Notes under the pieces: model-generated | What the model saw: only the letters and a program-made list of their open reading frames with translations | What the model was told of the DNA's origin: nothing | Database searches by the model: none | Shown here: piece by piece, positions 9,383 to 18,850 of the stretch | How the letters are laid out: each line of letters begins with the position of its first letter | Numbering within the stretch: the stretch's first letter is position 1 | Position numbers and translations under genes: made by a program | Virus record (IMG/VR): IMGVR_UViG_3300032216_001721 | Coordinates: 1-38,927 of that record | DNA length: 38,927 bases | DNA from: a virus | Taxonomy: Duplodnaviria > Caudoviricetes | Strand: one strand, 5' to 3'

Positions 9383-10708
9383 TTATTTCTGATATTCTTG
9401 TAATGATTGTGTATCAAATAATCCTCCCATTTCTCTACCACCACCATTCATCATACCTCCTCCACCACCTCCGGTATATCCACCACCGCCATCATTGTTT
9501 GGAGGACTTGGAGGAATATATCCACAAGTTAAAGAATTTGTTTCAATTAATTCGTCATATGTACCACCATTACCATCTGCATATTTACCATATTGGTCAT
9601 ATCCACTACAATATGTTTCAATTAATGTACCTTTTTTTGTATAAGATGGTGCCGGTATAGGGTCAATTGGATTGGGAATTACAACATCATTAAATATATT
9701 TGTAGTACCATCTGGAGAATACACATTTCTTTTTGTTTGAGTAAATGTATTAAATGAATCTAAATTATTTTGAATTTGTTTTTGCAATTCAGTAATTGAA
9801 AATTCTTTAGGTAAAACTTTTAAATTTAATTCTCTTCTTTTTAAAGATTGTAAATTATAATCAACACATCCATTTAAAATATTTTGTATTTCAGATAATA
9901 ATAAATTAAAATCATAAACTTCACAATCATCAAATCTTTCTTCGGATTTTTTTCCAAACAAAGAATTTGATATATCATAATATTTGTTGTTTAAATAATA
10001 ATCAACAGAAAGCTTAAAATCACTTGCTATTTTATCTCTTACAATATTAAAATTACTTAATCCAAAATCTTTTTTAGCAATACTAAAAAAATCTTTACCA
10101 TATTTTGTTTCTAAATTTGAATTGATTTTATCTAAAAATGAATTATCAAACGAATTTAATGAATTTAATATACTATCTCTATAATATTTAAAATCTTTAT
10201 GTAATCCTTTTAAATTTGTAAGTTGATTTTTTGTTTTTTTATTTATATCTTCAAATTTTGTTTTTAAAGGAAGAATTCTAATTTCTTGTCTTGATGGTGA
10301 AATTTCTTCAATCCAAACTCTCTCCAATTCATTTTCTGAACCGACTTTGTATCTTACAAAATTTATATTAACTTTAAGAATACCATTTGTAAATCCTAAA
10401 TCTTTTAATAATTTTTCAATATCAATTACTAATTCTTTTTGACCCACTTTATTCGTAACTTGATTCATATAATTTTTAATGTCATCCGTTTTTATATATG
10501 CGACATTATTTCCTGATTGTTGTGGAAGTAAATTGTTATTAATATCATATACCGATACTTCCATAACATCATATTTACAATCACCAAAATCAGTAGTATC
10601 TATTTCGGATTTTGAAACAATAAATAAATCATCCGCTTGAAGATATTGTCCTTCATTTTCGGTTTTATTATTTATACCATCAATATTTGTATATTTTTTA
10701 ATAGACAT
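9383..10708 (-). CDS. Hypothetical structural protein (441 aa) with Gly-rich tail
   Basis: Long ORF in the baseplate module; IEEISPSRQEIRI motif; small Cys module then poly-Gly at the C-terminus. Confidence 0.55.
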   Translation of the reverse strand: MSIKKYTNIDGINNKTENEGQYLQADDLFIVSKSEIDTTDFGDCKYDVMEVSVYDINNNLLPQQSGNNVAYIKTDDIKNYMNQVTNKVGQKELVIDIEKLLKDLGFTNGILKVNINFVRYKVGSENELERVWIEEISPSRQEIRILPLKTKFEDINKKTKNQLTNLKGLHKDFKYYRDSILNSLNSFDNSFLDKINSNLETKYGKDFFSIAKKDFGLSNFNIVRDKIASDFKLSVDYYLNNKYYDISNSLFGKKSEERFDDCEVYDFNLLLSEIQNILNGCVDYNLQSLKRRELNLKVLPKEFSITELQKQIQNNLDSFNTFTQTKRNVYSPDGTTNIFNDVVIPNPIDPIPAPSYTKKGTLIETYCSGYDQYGKYADGNGGTYDELIETNSLTCGYIPPSPPNNDGGGGYTGGGGGGMMNGGGREMGGLFDTQSLQEYQK

Positions 10709-10719
10709 AAATTAAAATA

Positions 10720-11865
10720 TTAGAATGAATCAGGATGTGTTTTAGTAAATCCTGTTTCATATGTTTTATCTTTAGAAGTTCCATCTGATTTTTTAACTTC
10801 TATTTTCATAGTTCCACCTTTATAATCGGCCGTACCTGACCAACCAATCCAATTTTTATGACTACTTACACCACCTCTACCACCTGCTGGCCCTTCATTT
10901 ATAGTAAGTTTAATTTGTTTTTGTTCCGAAGCTGCCAACGTAAATGTAGTTTGTTCTGCACCTAAAATTGCCATATTTTGTATTGGTGTAAATGTGATAT
11001 TAATTGTAAGTGGATTTTTATCATTATTTGTAAAATCAATATAATCACCATTAACAAATTTTTGACCTCCGGATGCTCTTATTTTGGCCCAAACTGGAGG
11101 CTTAGCAGCTTCTACTTTTTCTTTTATTTTTACAATACAAACTTCATTAATCACATCTGCACCCGCTGCCATTGCTTGTGCTTGTGTACCTTGTTGAATT
11201 GCTTGTTGTTGTTGAACGGCACCTAATTGAGATTGTAAACCCTCTATTATTGAATTTAAAGAATCAATTTGTTTTATTAATGCTTTAATTTGTGCTTGAA
11301 AACCTGTATTTTGTGATTGTAAAGATGCTCTTAAAATACTTTCATCAACTGACTTTTGTAATGATGTTGATATTTGTCCAGTAAAATCACTAATTGTATT
11401 TGTTAATGTATTTATTTGATTTACTAAAGCATCATTTGTTTGTTCAATACTTAATCTATTATTAGTTTCCGTTTGAACTTGTGATTGTAAAGTTGTTATT
11501 TGTGAATTTAAATCCGAAACCGTTGCAGATAGTTTTTTTATTTGGTTTGTTAAATCCGCAACTATACCAACTTGTTCTTCATATAATGGTTTTGGTACTA
11601 AATTTAAATTTTGAGTTGTTATATTTGGTTTTAATTCTTTTACATTTATATCAATTGCTTTTACTAATTCTTCGTTATCATATTTTGGTTTTGTTAAACC
11701 TTTAAATAATAAAGTAGAAGCAACATCTGTATCATCAACAATTGTAACTCCATATTCATTTTTAGCAATAGCAGCGGAACCTGAGATTTTTAAAATATCA
11801 TCAAGTCTTTGTGATTTCACATCAGCTAATTTTTGACTTATTGTTTCTAACGATGTTAATGGCAT
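10720..11865 (-). CDS. Coiled-coil structural protein with a beta-rich C-terminal domain
   Basis: Long Gln/Leu heptad region (about aa 95-230) followed by a beta-rich region. Confidence 0.55.
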   Translation of the reverse strand: MPLTSLETISQKLADVKSQRLDDILKISGSAAIAKNEYGVTIVDDTDVASTLLFKGLTKPKYDNEELVKAIDINVKELKPNITTQNLNLVPKPLYEEQVGIVADLTNQIKKLSATVSDLNSQITTLQSQVQTETNNRLSIEQTNDALVNQINTLTNTISDFTGQISTSLQKSVDESILRASLQSQNTGFQAQIKALIKQIDSLNSIIEGLQSQLGAVQQQQAIQQGTQAQAMAAGADVINEVCIVKIKEKVEAAKPPVWAKIRASGGQKFVNGDYIDFTNNDKNPLTINITFTPIQNMAILGAEQTTFTLAASEQKQIKLTINEGPAGGRGGVSSHKNWIGWSGTADYKGGTMKIEVKKSDGTSKDKTYETGFTKTHPDSF

Positions 11866-11866
11866 T

Positions 11867-12973
11867 TTAAACTATTTCAAATATTGATTTATTATCTATT
11901 ATGGTTACTGACCCATCCGCATCTACAATTTTTAATTTTAATTTATACTCTCTACCAAATGGTAATGTATTTAAATTTAATTTAAAATAATTTGATGTTG
12001 AATCACAACTTATTTTAGTATAGTTTCCAAATGGAAATATAATTTCTCCGGTAACATAATCTTCTAATTGATAATATGATGTTGTTGGTAAATATTTATT
12101 TTGGTCGTATGCAAACGTTGTTCCAAATGATTTTATTGGAAAAGTATCTCTACCTTTAATTCTGATTGTAACTATTCCATTTTGTGGATACTCCGTTTTA
12201 AGATTAGTTAAAACAACTTTATATCCATCTTCTGCAGAACCAGTTACAGGTGTTAAACTACCAGTATTAATTATACTATCACTATATGATAATTCTAATT
12301 TAGGTTCGTATATTGTTGATGTTTCTTTTGAAAAAAATTTAAGAATACCATAGTCTAATCCGTCATTTTCTGCATCCAATGTATGATGTAATACAAATCC
12401 ATTATTTGGAATTGAACCACTTAACCACATTTTTACAATACTAGTAACATCTATTCTTACATCATCAGGCTCATAATTAAATGATTGTGATGCAGTAGAA
12501 CCCGTATACCAAAATCCACCACCACCATTAGATATTGAACCCGTTTGGTTTAATAATGAACCCTGTGTTTGGTTTGGATAATCCGAATATTGTAATACTC
12601 CTGGAATATTAGTCCATTTATTAATTCCATCTTTATAATACCAACTAATACCATTAGATGTTATATTATCAAATTTAGTACCAGTACCCATAGACCAACT
12701 ACCATATGCAGGATTTGCTTGAATAGTGTATTGTAAAGGTATTTCTGAAGAGTTTGCTGATTTTAAATTTAAATGTGCGTACCAACTTCCTGTTATTTGT
12801 GCCACAAATGTTGATATAGAACCTGTTTCAAATTTAATAAAAGTTCTTGCTATATCTTTGCTAGAACCATAATAAAGTTTACCTATTTCTAATATCTCAT
12901 CTAATCCTGTATTTTGTTCAGGTTGTTGTAGATATACACTTGCGTCATATGATGATGTATAAAATATATGCAT
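11867..12973 (-). CDS. DNRLRE/CBM96-like virion protein
   Basis: DASVY...NTG...LEIG...RTFIKF...NNGFVL...FFSKE...PKLE pattern typical of DNRLRE-type domains. Confidence 0.55.
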   Translation of the reverse strand: MHIFYTSSYDASVYLQQPEQNTGLDEILEIGKLYYGSSKDIARTFIKFETGSISTFVAQITGSWYAHLNLKSANSSEIPLQYTIQANPAYGSWSMGTGTKFDNITSNGISWYYKDGINKWTNIPGVLQYSDYPNQTQGSLLNQTGSISNGGGGFWYTGSTASQSFNYEPDDVRIDVTSIVKMWLSGSIPNNGFVLHHTLDAENDGLDYGILKFFSKETSTIYEPKLELSYSDSIINTGSLTPVTGSAEDGYKVVLTNLKTEYPQNGIVTIRIKGRDTFPIKSFGTTFAYDQNKYLPTTSYYQLEDYVTGEIIFPFGNYTKISCDSTSNYFKLNLNTLPFGREYKLKLKIVDADGSVTIIDNKSIFEIV

Positions 12974-14967
12974 TATAATGCCCTCCCTTTAATGTCTTTG
13001 TTTGGATATTTAATTTCAAAGATACAAGGGTCTAAGGAAGGGTAGACAATCTTTCCTTTTGTTGCTTGTTCTATATTGTATCTATTTTTAGAATAATTGC
13101 CATCACCACCACATAGATTTGAAATTTTAACCGATGGTACACTCATCACACCCTCTACATTTGCTAAAATTAATTCTATTTCAGAAATATTGATTGGCTT
13201 ATTAAATGTCCAATTATCTATATTAAAATAGTTTTGTAATTCAGTAAGACAATTTGTAACAATTTCTCTTTTGTTATAATTTGAATAACATATTATTTCA
13301 AAATCAACTCCAATATTTACAACAAACCCATTCATAATATTTACTGCGTCTGTCATCATTCTATATTCACCTAAATAAGTTTTAAGATTTTCTTTTATTG
13401 CACTATTTAAGTTAGTCAAATTTTTATTTGAATCAAATCCTAAAACATACATATTAATTGCAAATGGATTGTTTATTTCATTTGTTGCAGTTTTCTTTTG
13501 AGTCAAATATTTAACTAATTCTTTTTGAATGTTTTGTTTTGTACTACCCTTTAAACTATCTACTAAATTTGTAAATTCTGCAATGTTTTGTGGATTTGCT
13601 AATATTGATGAAGGTGAATTATTATCTATTTCCCCATCAGGACTAACATATACTTTTGCAACACTACCATATCTTTCTGGCATTGATAAAGCTCTTACAA
13701 TATAATCTTGTCTAGTCACTGCTCTATTTTGAGAACCAAATGTTGCTAATGCATTTTGTCTAATTTCTTCAATTGATTCACTACCTCTACCACCTGATGC
13801 TGGTTCTAAATTTTCAACCGCAACTGATGTTTTGTATGTTTGGTATGTTGCAAGATTTTGTATTGCTAATAAATCTTCATCATATTCTATTCTTCGTATA
13901 CTTGTTAAATCACCTGTATTTATATTTGATTCGACTCCACCACCAACTAAATATTTAATTGTTATTTGTCCATTAGGTGCAACTCCAAATGTATTTGTTT
14001 GTAAAAAATTAGACGGGTCAATGCTTTGATTTAATCTTTGAATTGAATTTGCTAATCCCAAACCAACATTTTTTGTATTAGGTAGTATCGTTTCATCGGG
14101 CATTGAACTATTACCACTACCGAATTGAATATCTATTGTATTATCTGTATTTGTTTTTACTGAAAATCTATGTGGTACTTTTTGTACTTCTAAAATATAA
14201 GGTACGTCACCGACAGATGTTGCCGTATCACCATTTGCTTGTGTATTTGGTTGTTCTACAAAAATACTTTCTTGTGCTAAATATGGAACCTCATAATATT
14301 TGTTTTGTTGACCATCGGTTATTGAAACTATTTGTATAATATTTGTATCGGATAATGTTACAGATGGATAATCGGTTGAAGATACGTTTATATTAGTTTC
14401 TAACTGCTGTGCAGATATTGCTTGTACTTTTTTTGTAATTAAATATTGATTTGGTAAACCTTGATTATCTCTACTATATACATCAACTTCTCTGCTTCCT
14501 GATAAGGAAAAATCTACCACATCAGTAGTTCTAAATATAATATTTGAATTTGAATTTGAATTAACTTCCATTCCTTCTTTTATTCTTAAACAATAAGAAT
14601 AATCGGGTTGATTTCCAATATTAGGTACTAACTGATAAACAGTTAACGTTGTTACTGCCGGCGTTGTTACTTTTGGTTTATATCCCATAGCCTGTGCCAA
14701 CGCAACTACATTCTTTCTTTCACTAGCGTATGCTAATAAAGATTCTTTTAATTGACTATCTTGATAAAAAGAAAGTACATCACCTATATAAGATGCCATT
14801 TCAATGAAAACCATACCAGGAGATGATTCATTGAAGTCTGCGTATGTATTTGGAAAATATGTTTTAGAATAGTCAATTAAGTTTTGTCTTAAAGTATCAA
14901 AATCTTTACCAACATAATTTATATTCTTAGCATTTCCAAATGTTTTTTTATTACTATTAATTGCCAT
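12973..14967 (-). CDS. Baseplate wedge protein (T4 gp6 / baseplate J-like)
   Basis: DFDTLRQNL, YIGDVLSFY, GYKP, IQFGSG, GGRGSESIEEIR and QNRAVTRQDY are gp6-family hallmarks. Confidence 0.9.
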   Translation of the reverse strand: MAINSNKKTFGNAKNINYVGKDFDTLRQNLIDYSKTYFPNTYADFNESSPGMVFIEMASYIGDVLSFYQDSQLKESLLAYASERKNVVALAQAMGYKPKVTTPAVTTLTVYQLVPNIGNQPDYSYCLRIKEGMEVNSNSNSNIIFRTTDVVDFSLSGSREVDVYSRDNQGLPNQYLITKKVQAISAQQLETNINVSSTDYPSVTLSDTNIIQIVSITDGQQNKYYEVPYLAQESIFVEQPNTQANGDTATSVGDVPYILEVQKVPHRFSVKTNTDNTIDIQFGSGNSSMPDETILPNTKNVGLGLANSIQRLNQSIDPSNFLQTNTFGVAPNGQITIKYLVGGGVESNINTGDLTSIRRIEYDEDLLAIQNLATYQTYKTSVAVENLEPASGGRGSESIEEIRQNALATFGSQNRAVTRQDYIVRALSMPERYGSVAKVYVSPDGEIDNNSPSSILANPQNIAEFTNLVDSLKGSTKQNIQKELVKYLTQKKTATNEINNPFAINMYVLGFDSNKNLTNLNSAIKENLKTYLGEYRMMTDAVNIMNGFVVNIGVDFEIICYSNYNKREIVTNCLTELQNYFNIDNWTFNKPINISEIELILANVEGVMSVPSVKISNLCGGDGNYSKNRYNIEQATKGKIVYPSLDPCIFEIKYPNKDIKGRAL

Positions 14968-14975
14968 TTACTTTA

Positions 14976-15413
14976 TTAATTATTTATATTTACTTTTACC
15001 GATTCTTTTAAATTTGGGTTTGATGTTAATGCAAACGAAATTTCTATACCAATTCTATTATTATCTTTATTTTGGTCATTATAGTCAATAATTATTTCAT
15101 TAACTGTTAAATATGGTAACCAATTAGAAACGGCTGATACTATACTTGTTTCAACTTTATTATCAATGTCACCATCTACAATCGGTTCAAATAATACTTT
15201 CCATATATCACATCCAAATTCAGGTTGAGAAACTCTTTCACCTTTTCTTGTCATTAATAAATTTATAATATTATCTTTTGCTTGAGTTAGTGTTGTATAA
15301 TTAACTGCAAAAATACCACCTTGATTAGAAGATTTGTTTATACCAATTCCTAATACTTTGTAATCATTTTCTTTTAAATCAGTTACATTAATTTTACCTA
15401 ACTCTATTGCCAT
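14976..15413 (-). CDS. Baseplate wedge subunit, gp25/GPW-like
   Basis: NLLMTRKGERVSQPEFGCDI..LFEP and WLPY motifs; adjacent to the gp6-like gene. Confidence 0.9.
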   Translation of the reverse strand: MAIELGKINVTDLKENDYKVLGIGINKSSNQGGIFAVNYTTLTQAKDNIINLLMTRKGERVSQPEFGCDIWKVLFEPIVDGDIDNKVETSIVSAVSNWLPYLTVNEIIIDYNDQNKDNNRIGIEISFALTSNPNLKESVKVNINN

Positions 15414-15919
15414 TATTTAAATCTTTTTACTAATTCAGTATAATCTCTTGATAATGCTTTAATTACAGCATCTGCCCCAGCGTTATCGGTAGTTGGTAAT
15501 GCCTGTTGAGGAACATTTACATTTGCATAATCAAGTGTTTCCCAATCTTCTTCCATAGTTCTTTGTGGTTGTATTGCATCTAAAATACTTCCACCACCAC
15601 CTATATCTCCCATAGAACCCTCTGCTCTTTCCTTTGCAGTAAATGGTTGAGTCATATTCAAAATTTCATTTATCATTGGGTCTTTTGAATATTCTTTTTG
15701 TTGTTGTGGTGCATGTTTTGCAAACACATTTGATTTTTTAACTGGTACCACATTTTGTGACACCTCTGTCAATTCTGCTAATGATGGTGTTTTTTTCTTT
15801 TGTGAGTTTAATGTAACTGCACCAGATTTAATCATCTTAGCGATTTCTTCCTTAACTTGTTGTTTTACTTCGTTTTTAACAACTTCTTTAATTAAAGTTA
15901 GTAAAATGTCTGATTTCAT
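15413..15919 (-). CDS. Hypothetical protein (168 aa)
   Basis: TAATG-coupled to the gp25-like gene; ATATTTATT upstream. Confidence 0.7.
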   Translation of the reverse strand: MKSDILLTLIKEVVKNEVKQQVKEEIAKMIKSGAVTLNSQKKKTPSLAELTEVSQNVVPVKKSNVFAKHAPQQQKEYSKDPMINEILNMTQPFTAKERAEGSMGDIGGGGSILDAIQPQRTMEEDWETLDYANVNVPQQALPTTDNAGADAVIKALSRDYTELVKRFK

Positions 15920-15942
15920 AATAATTCTCTGTATGTTTTAGT

Positions 15943-15951
15943 AATAAATAT
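15943..15951 (-). promoter_or_regulatory. Putative late promoter variant ATATTTATT
   Basis: Intergenic, upstream of 15919. Confidence 0.5.
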
Positions 15952-15964
15952 TTGATTTAATAAT

Positions 15965-17194
15965 TTATCCAATAACATTATATCCAGTCCAATTTATTAA
16001 TGCAGGTGCAGGTGGTGCTGGTGGTGGATATTGTGCCAACACCATCATTGTACCACTAACTCCCATTAAATGAAATTTAGCTAGATTGACGAATGGATTT
16101 AAAAATATATTGGTTGGTATAGTAAATAATAAAGTTGGTGGTATAAACCATATGTTTGGAATTTTTGGTATTAAACCCTTTATCATATCGTATGCCATTG
16201 CTTCTAATTGTTCTTTAGTTGGTGTTTTTTCTTTTATCATTGCCTTCAATTCTTTTTTAGTTGGAATGTGTGGTATAGATATACCAGGCAATGCAATGTC
16301 CGGAACCAAACCTGCAATTGTATCTTTTACGAATTTTTTAATTTCTTCTTTAGTTGGTTTTTTAGGAAGATGGTTTGCTGCATCTACTGCTGTTTGTATA
16401 GCTGCGTATATTGGTGTAAGTATTACATCTTCAATTGGTTTAATAATTGTTTCTTCTAGTTGTTTAATGGCCTCTTCAATTAATTTCTTTTTAGCTTCTT
16501 CTATAATTTTCTTTTTCTTTGGTAATTCTGGAAATGGAAATTTAATAGCTTTTTTAATTTGAGAACCTATTGATGGTAACTTCTTTTTTATTTCTTGATA
16601 ATTAAGTACAACTTTTTTACCTGCAATTATTATTGGATGGTTTTTGATTTTAGAATCTACTTTTTCTTTTTTTAATATTTTTAATACAGTTTCATATACA
16701 TTTATCTCACCTATACCCTCAATTAATATTGTTACTGATTTTAAATCATCAACTAATTGTTTTGCTGCTTCTTTTAATGCTTTATTAATTGCAGCAGAAG
16801 CTATCAATTTCATCGGCTCCGGCCCGATATTCATAATTGTTCCAGGTGCAGGTGGTGTACTTTGCCATCCACCTGGTTTAAGTAATGGATTCGGTAATGG
16901 TGCCATTTCTGCTCCTAACCAATATACATCAAATGCGGATGGATATATTTCATCTAATATATTAAAATTTTCTTCACCACTTTCTTTTCCTTTTTTAAAA
17001 GCATCAGTTATAACTTTTGCCATACCTGTTACATTTCCATTTAAAACAGGTACACCATAAATCATATCTCCACCTCTTTTTATACAATAGTCATATTCTT
17101 TTGCTATAAAAAATGCAATACCTTCTGGGTCATTTGTATATTGAAATGTAGACAAAGCCGTTAATACATTTATTTCGTATATAATCCAAGACAT
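15965..17194 (-). CDS. Pro-rich baseplate-region protein with PTK(E/K) repeats
   Basis: Coupled to the spike-like gene; three PTKxxI/L units; ends YPPPAPPAPALINWTGY. Confidence 0.55.
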   Translation of the reverse strand: MSWIIYEINVLTALSTFQYTNDPEGIAFFIAKEYDYCIKRGGDMIYGVPVLNGNVTGMAKVITDAFKKGKESGEENFNILDEIYPSAFDVYWLGAEMAPLPNPLLKPGGWQSTPPAPGTIMNIGPEPMKLIASAAINKALKEAAKQLVDDLKSVTILIEGIGEINVYETVLKILKKEKVDSKIKNHPIIIAGKKVVLNYQEIKKKLPSIGSQIKKAIKFPFPELPKKKKIIEEAKKKLIEEAIKQLEETIIKPIEDVILTPIYAAIQTAVDAANHLPKKPTKEEIKKFVKDTIAGLVPDIALPGISIPHIPTKKELKAMIKEKTPTKEQLEAMAYDMIKGLIPKIPNIWFIPPTLLFTIPTNIFLNPFVNLAKFHLMGVSGTMMVLAQYPPPAPPAPALINWTGYNVIG

Positions 17195-18423
17195 TATTTA
17201 CTTACAAAGTTTTTAGAAGATAGTAAAGTATTTAATTTTCCTTTTATAGCTTTAAATGCAGCTGCGTTGGTTGGCCCTAATTGTGTAGGCCCGCAAGGAG
17301 TTCCATACATTTGCTGAGTTATTTCGTCAATTAAATCTCCTAATATTTTTACCAATTCTCCACCTAATACTAATTTTTGTAAATCAGCACCCGCTTCACC
17401 AGCACCTGTATTTTTACCTAAATAAATGTTTCCATTTTCTGAATTTAAAAATATTTGATTTGCACCCTTAGAATGCATTGTTATATTATTGTTAGAATGA
17501 ATATAAATTTCCTTTTCAGAATCTATTGAATATCTACCATCAGTAATTACACCTGTATTACCTTTACCAAATATAATAAACTCACTAGCTTTTGCAGATA
17601 GAATAACTCTATCTGAATTTACAAATAATTGGTCTCCTGTTAAATCTTTTGAATTAGGATAATCTTTAAAACCTATTTTTTCTTTTTTAATAACTTCTAC
17701 AAATGGTATTTTTACTTTACCTGATGTTAAATAAACAGACGTTCCATCTTTATTAATATCTTCATCTACTAATTCACCAATCTTTTTTGCATCCAATTCT
17801 GGATTTTGTTTATTACGAATAAAAATAGATGGAGATGATGTTTTATCATCTTCTGTTAAAAAGAATTCTGAAAATCTTATTGTGTTACCAACTCTACCAC
17901 TTAATATAGTATCTCCTTTTTTTGGATTTAAAAATTTAATTTTTTCATTTATTTTATAATCCGTTTTTTCAGAAGTTTGTTTTGCTTTTTCTGTATTTGG
18001 AGTACCTGTATTTTTTACTTCTTTATAACTTTCACTTTTTGTAGTATTGGTTGAACTTTCAACACTTCTATCTTTACTTTTTTCTGACGTTTTATAATCT
18101 TCTCTATAATTTGGATATTGTGTAACAGTATATGGTAACCAAAAACATTCGTTTTCATTTTTAATAATTAAAACAGTTTCACCTTCTATTGGAAATGTTA
18201 TATTATTTTTATCAAATGGAAATGCATAGTTTTCTAATTTTATAGGAGTATCTCTTGCAAATTCTATCGCGCCTAAAAATCTAGTATCGTTTTCTATAAA
18301 ATTTTTATTATCATTATAGAATTTTGTATAATCATCAATTACACTTCCAGACATAGGAAACTTAGGCCATTTGTCATCGTATTTAATATAAACTTTTTTG
18401 ACTGTTGCTAAAAATGATTCCAT
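17194..18423 (-). CDS. Baseplate spike/hub protein (gp5/gpV/VgrG-like)
   Basis: N-terminal FPIEGETVLI (OB-fold-like), GDTILSGRVGNTIRF, beta-helix-like repeats, C-terminal LVLGGEL...GTPCGPT. Confidence 0.65.
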   Translation of the reverse strand: MESFLATVKKVYIKYDDKWPKFPMSGSVIDDYTKFYNDNKNFIENDTRFLGAIEFARDTPIKLENYAFPFDKNNITFPIEGETVLIIKNENECFWLPYTVTQYPNYREDYKTSEKSKDRSVESSTNTTKSESYKEVKNTGTPNTEKAKQTSEKTDYKINEKIKFLNPKKGDTILSGRVGNTIRFSEFFLTEDDKTSSPSIFIRNKQNPELDAKKIGELVDEDINKDGTSVYLTSGKVKIPFVEVIKKEKIGFKDYPNSKDLTGDQLFVNSDRVILSAKASEFIIFGKGNTGVITDGRYSIDSEKEIYIHSNNNITMHSKGANQIFLNSENGNIYLGKNTGAGEAGADLQKLVLGGELVKILGDLIDEITQQMYGTPCGPTQLGPTNAAAFKAIKGKLNTLLSSKNFVSK

Positions 18424-18827
18424 TATAATTTAGTATTTATTTCTTCAATTTCAATTTGAATATCTGTCATTTTTTCTTTTACTTTTTCTTCTACTGCGGA
18501 AATAGTATCTTCCATATCTTGCATCAATTGTGCTTTTTCGGTTTCACTTAACCACCCATCTTCTCCAATACCCTTTGCTTCTGCAGATGCCAATCTTTGT
18601 GCAATGTTTGCAAGTTTAATTAAATGGTCATCATTTTTAACCGACACCTCAATTAAATCTTTTATAATAGGAGCAATTACAGTTGCTTCACCTACATTAC
18701 GAATAAGTTTTCTTAACGATTCAATTAACTCAGAAATGTTTTTCTTTTTGTTTTGTTGATTTTCGTATATGTCTTTAAATAATGATGATAAATTTTTACC
18801 ATCAAATAATTGAAATTCTGTTGCCAT
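18423..18827 (-). CDS. Hypothetical helical protein (134 aa)
   Basis: ORF coupled (TAATG) to the spike-like gene. Confidence 0.7.
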   Translation of the reverse strand: MATEFQLFDGKNLSSLFKDIYENQQNKKKNISELIESLRKLIRNVGEATVIAPIIKDLIEVSVKNDDHLIKLANIAQRLASAEAKGIGEDGWLSETEKAQLMQDMEDTISAVEEKVKEKMTDIQIEIEEINTKL

Positions 18828-18850
18828 TTTGTATCTTTATGTACTAATAA

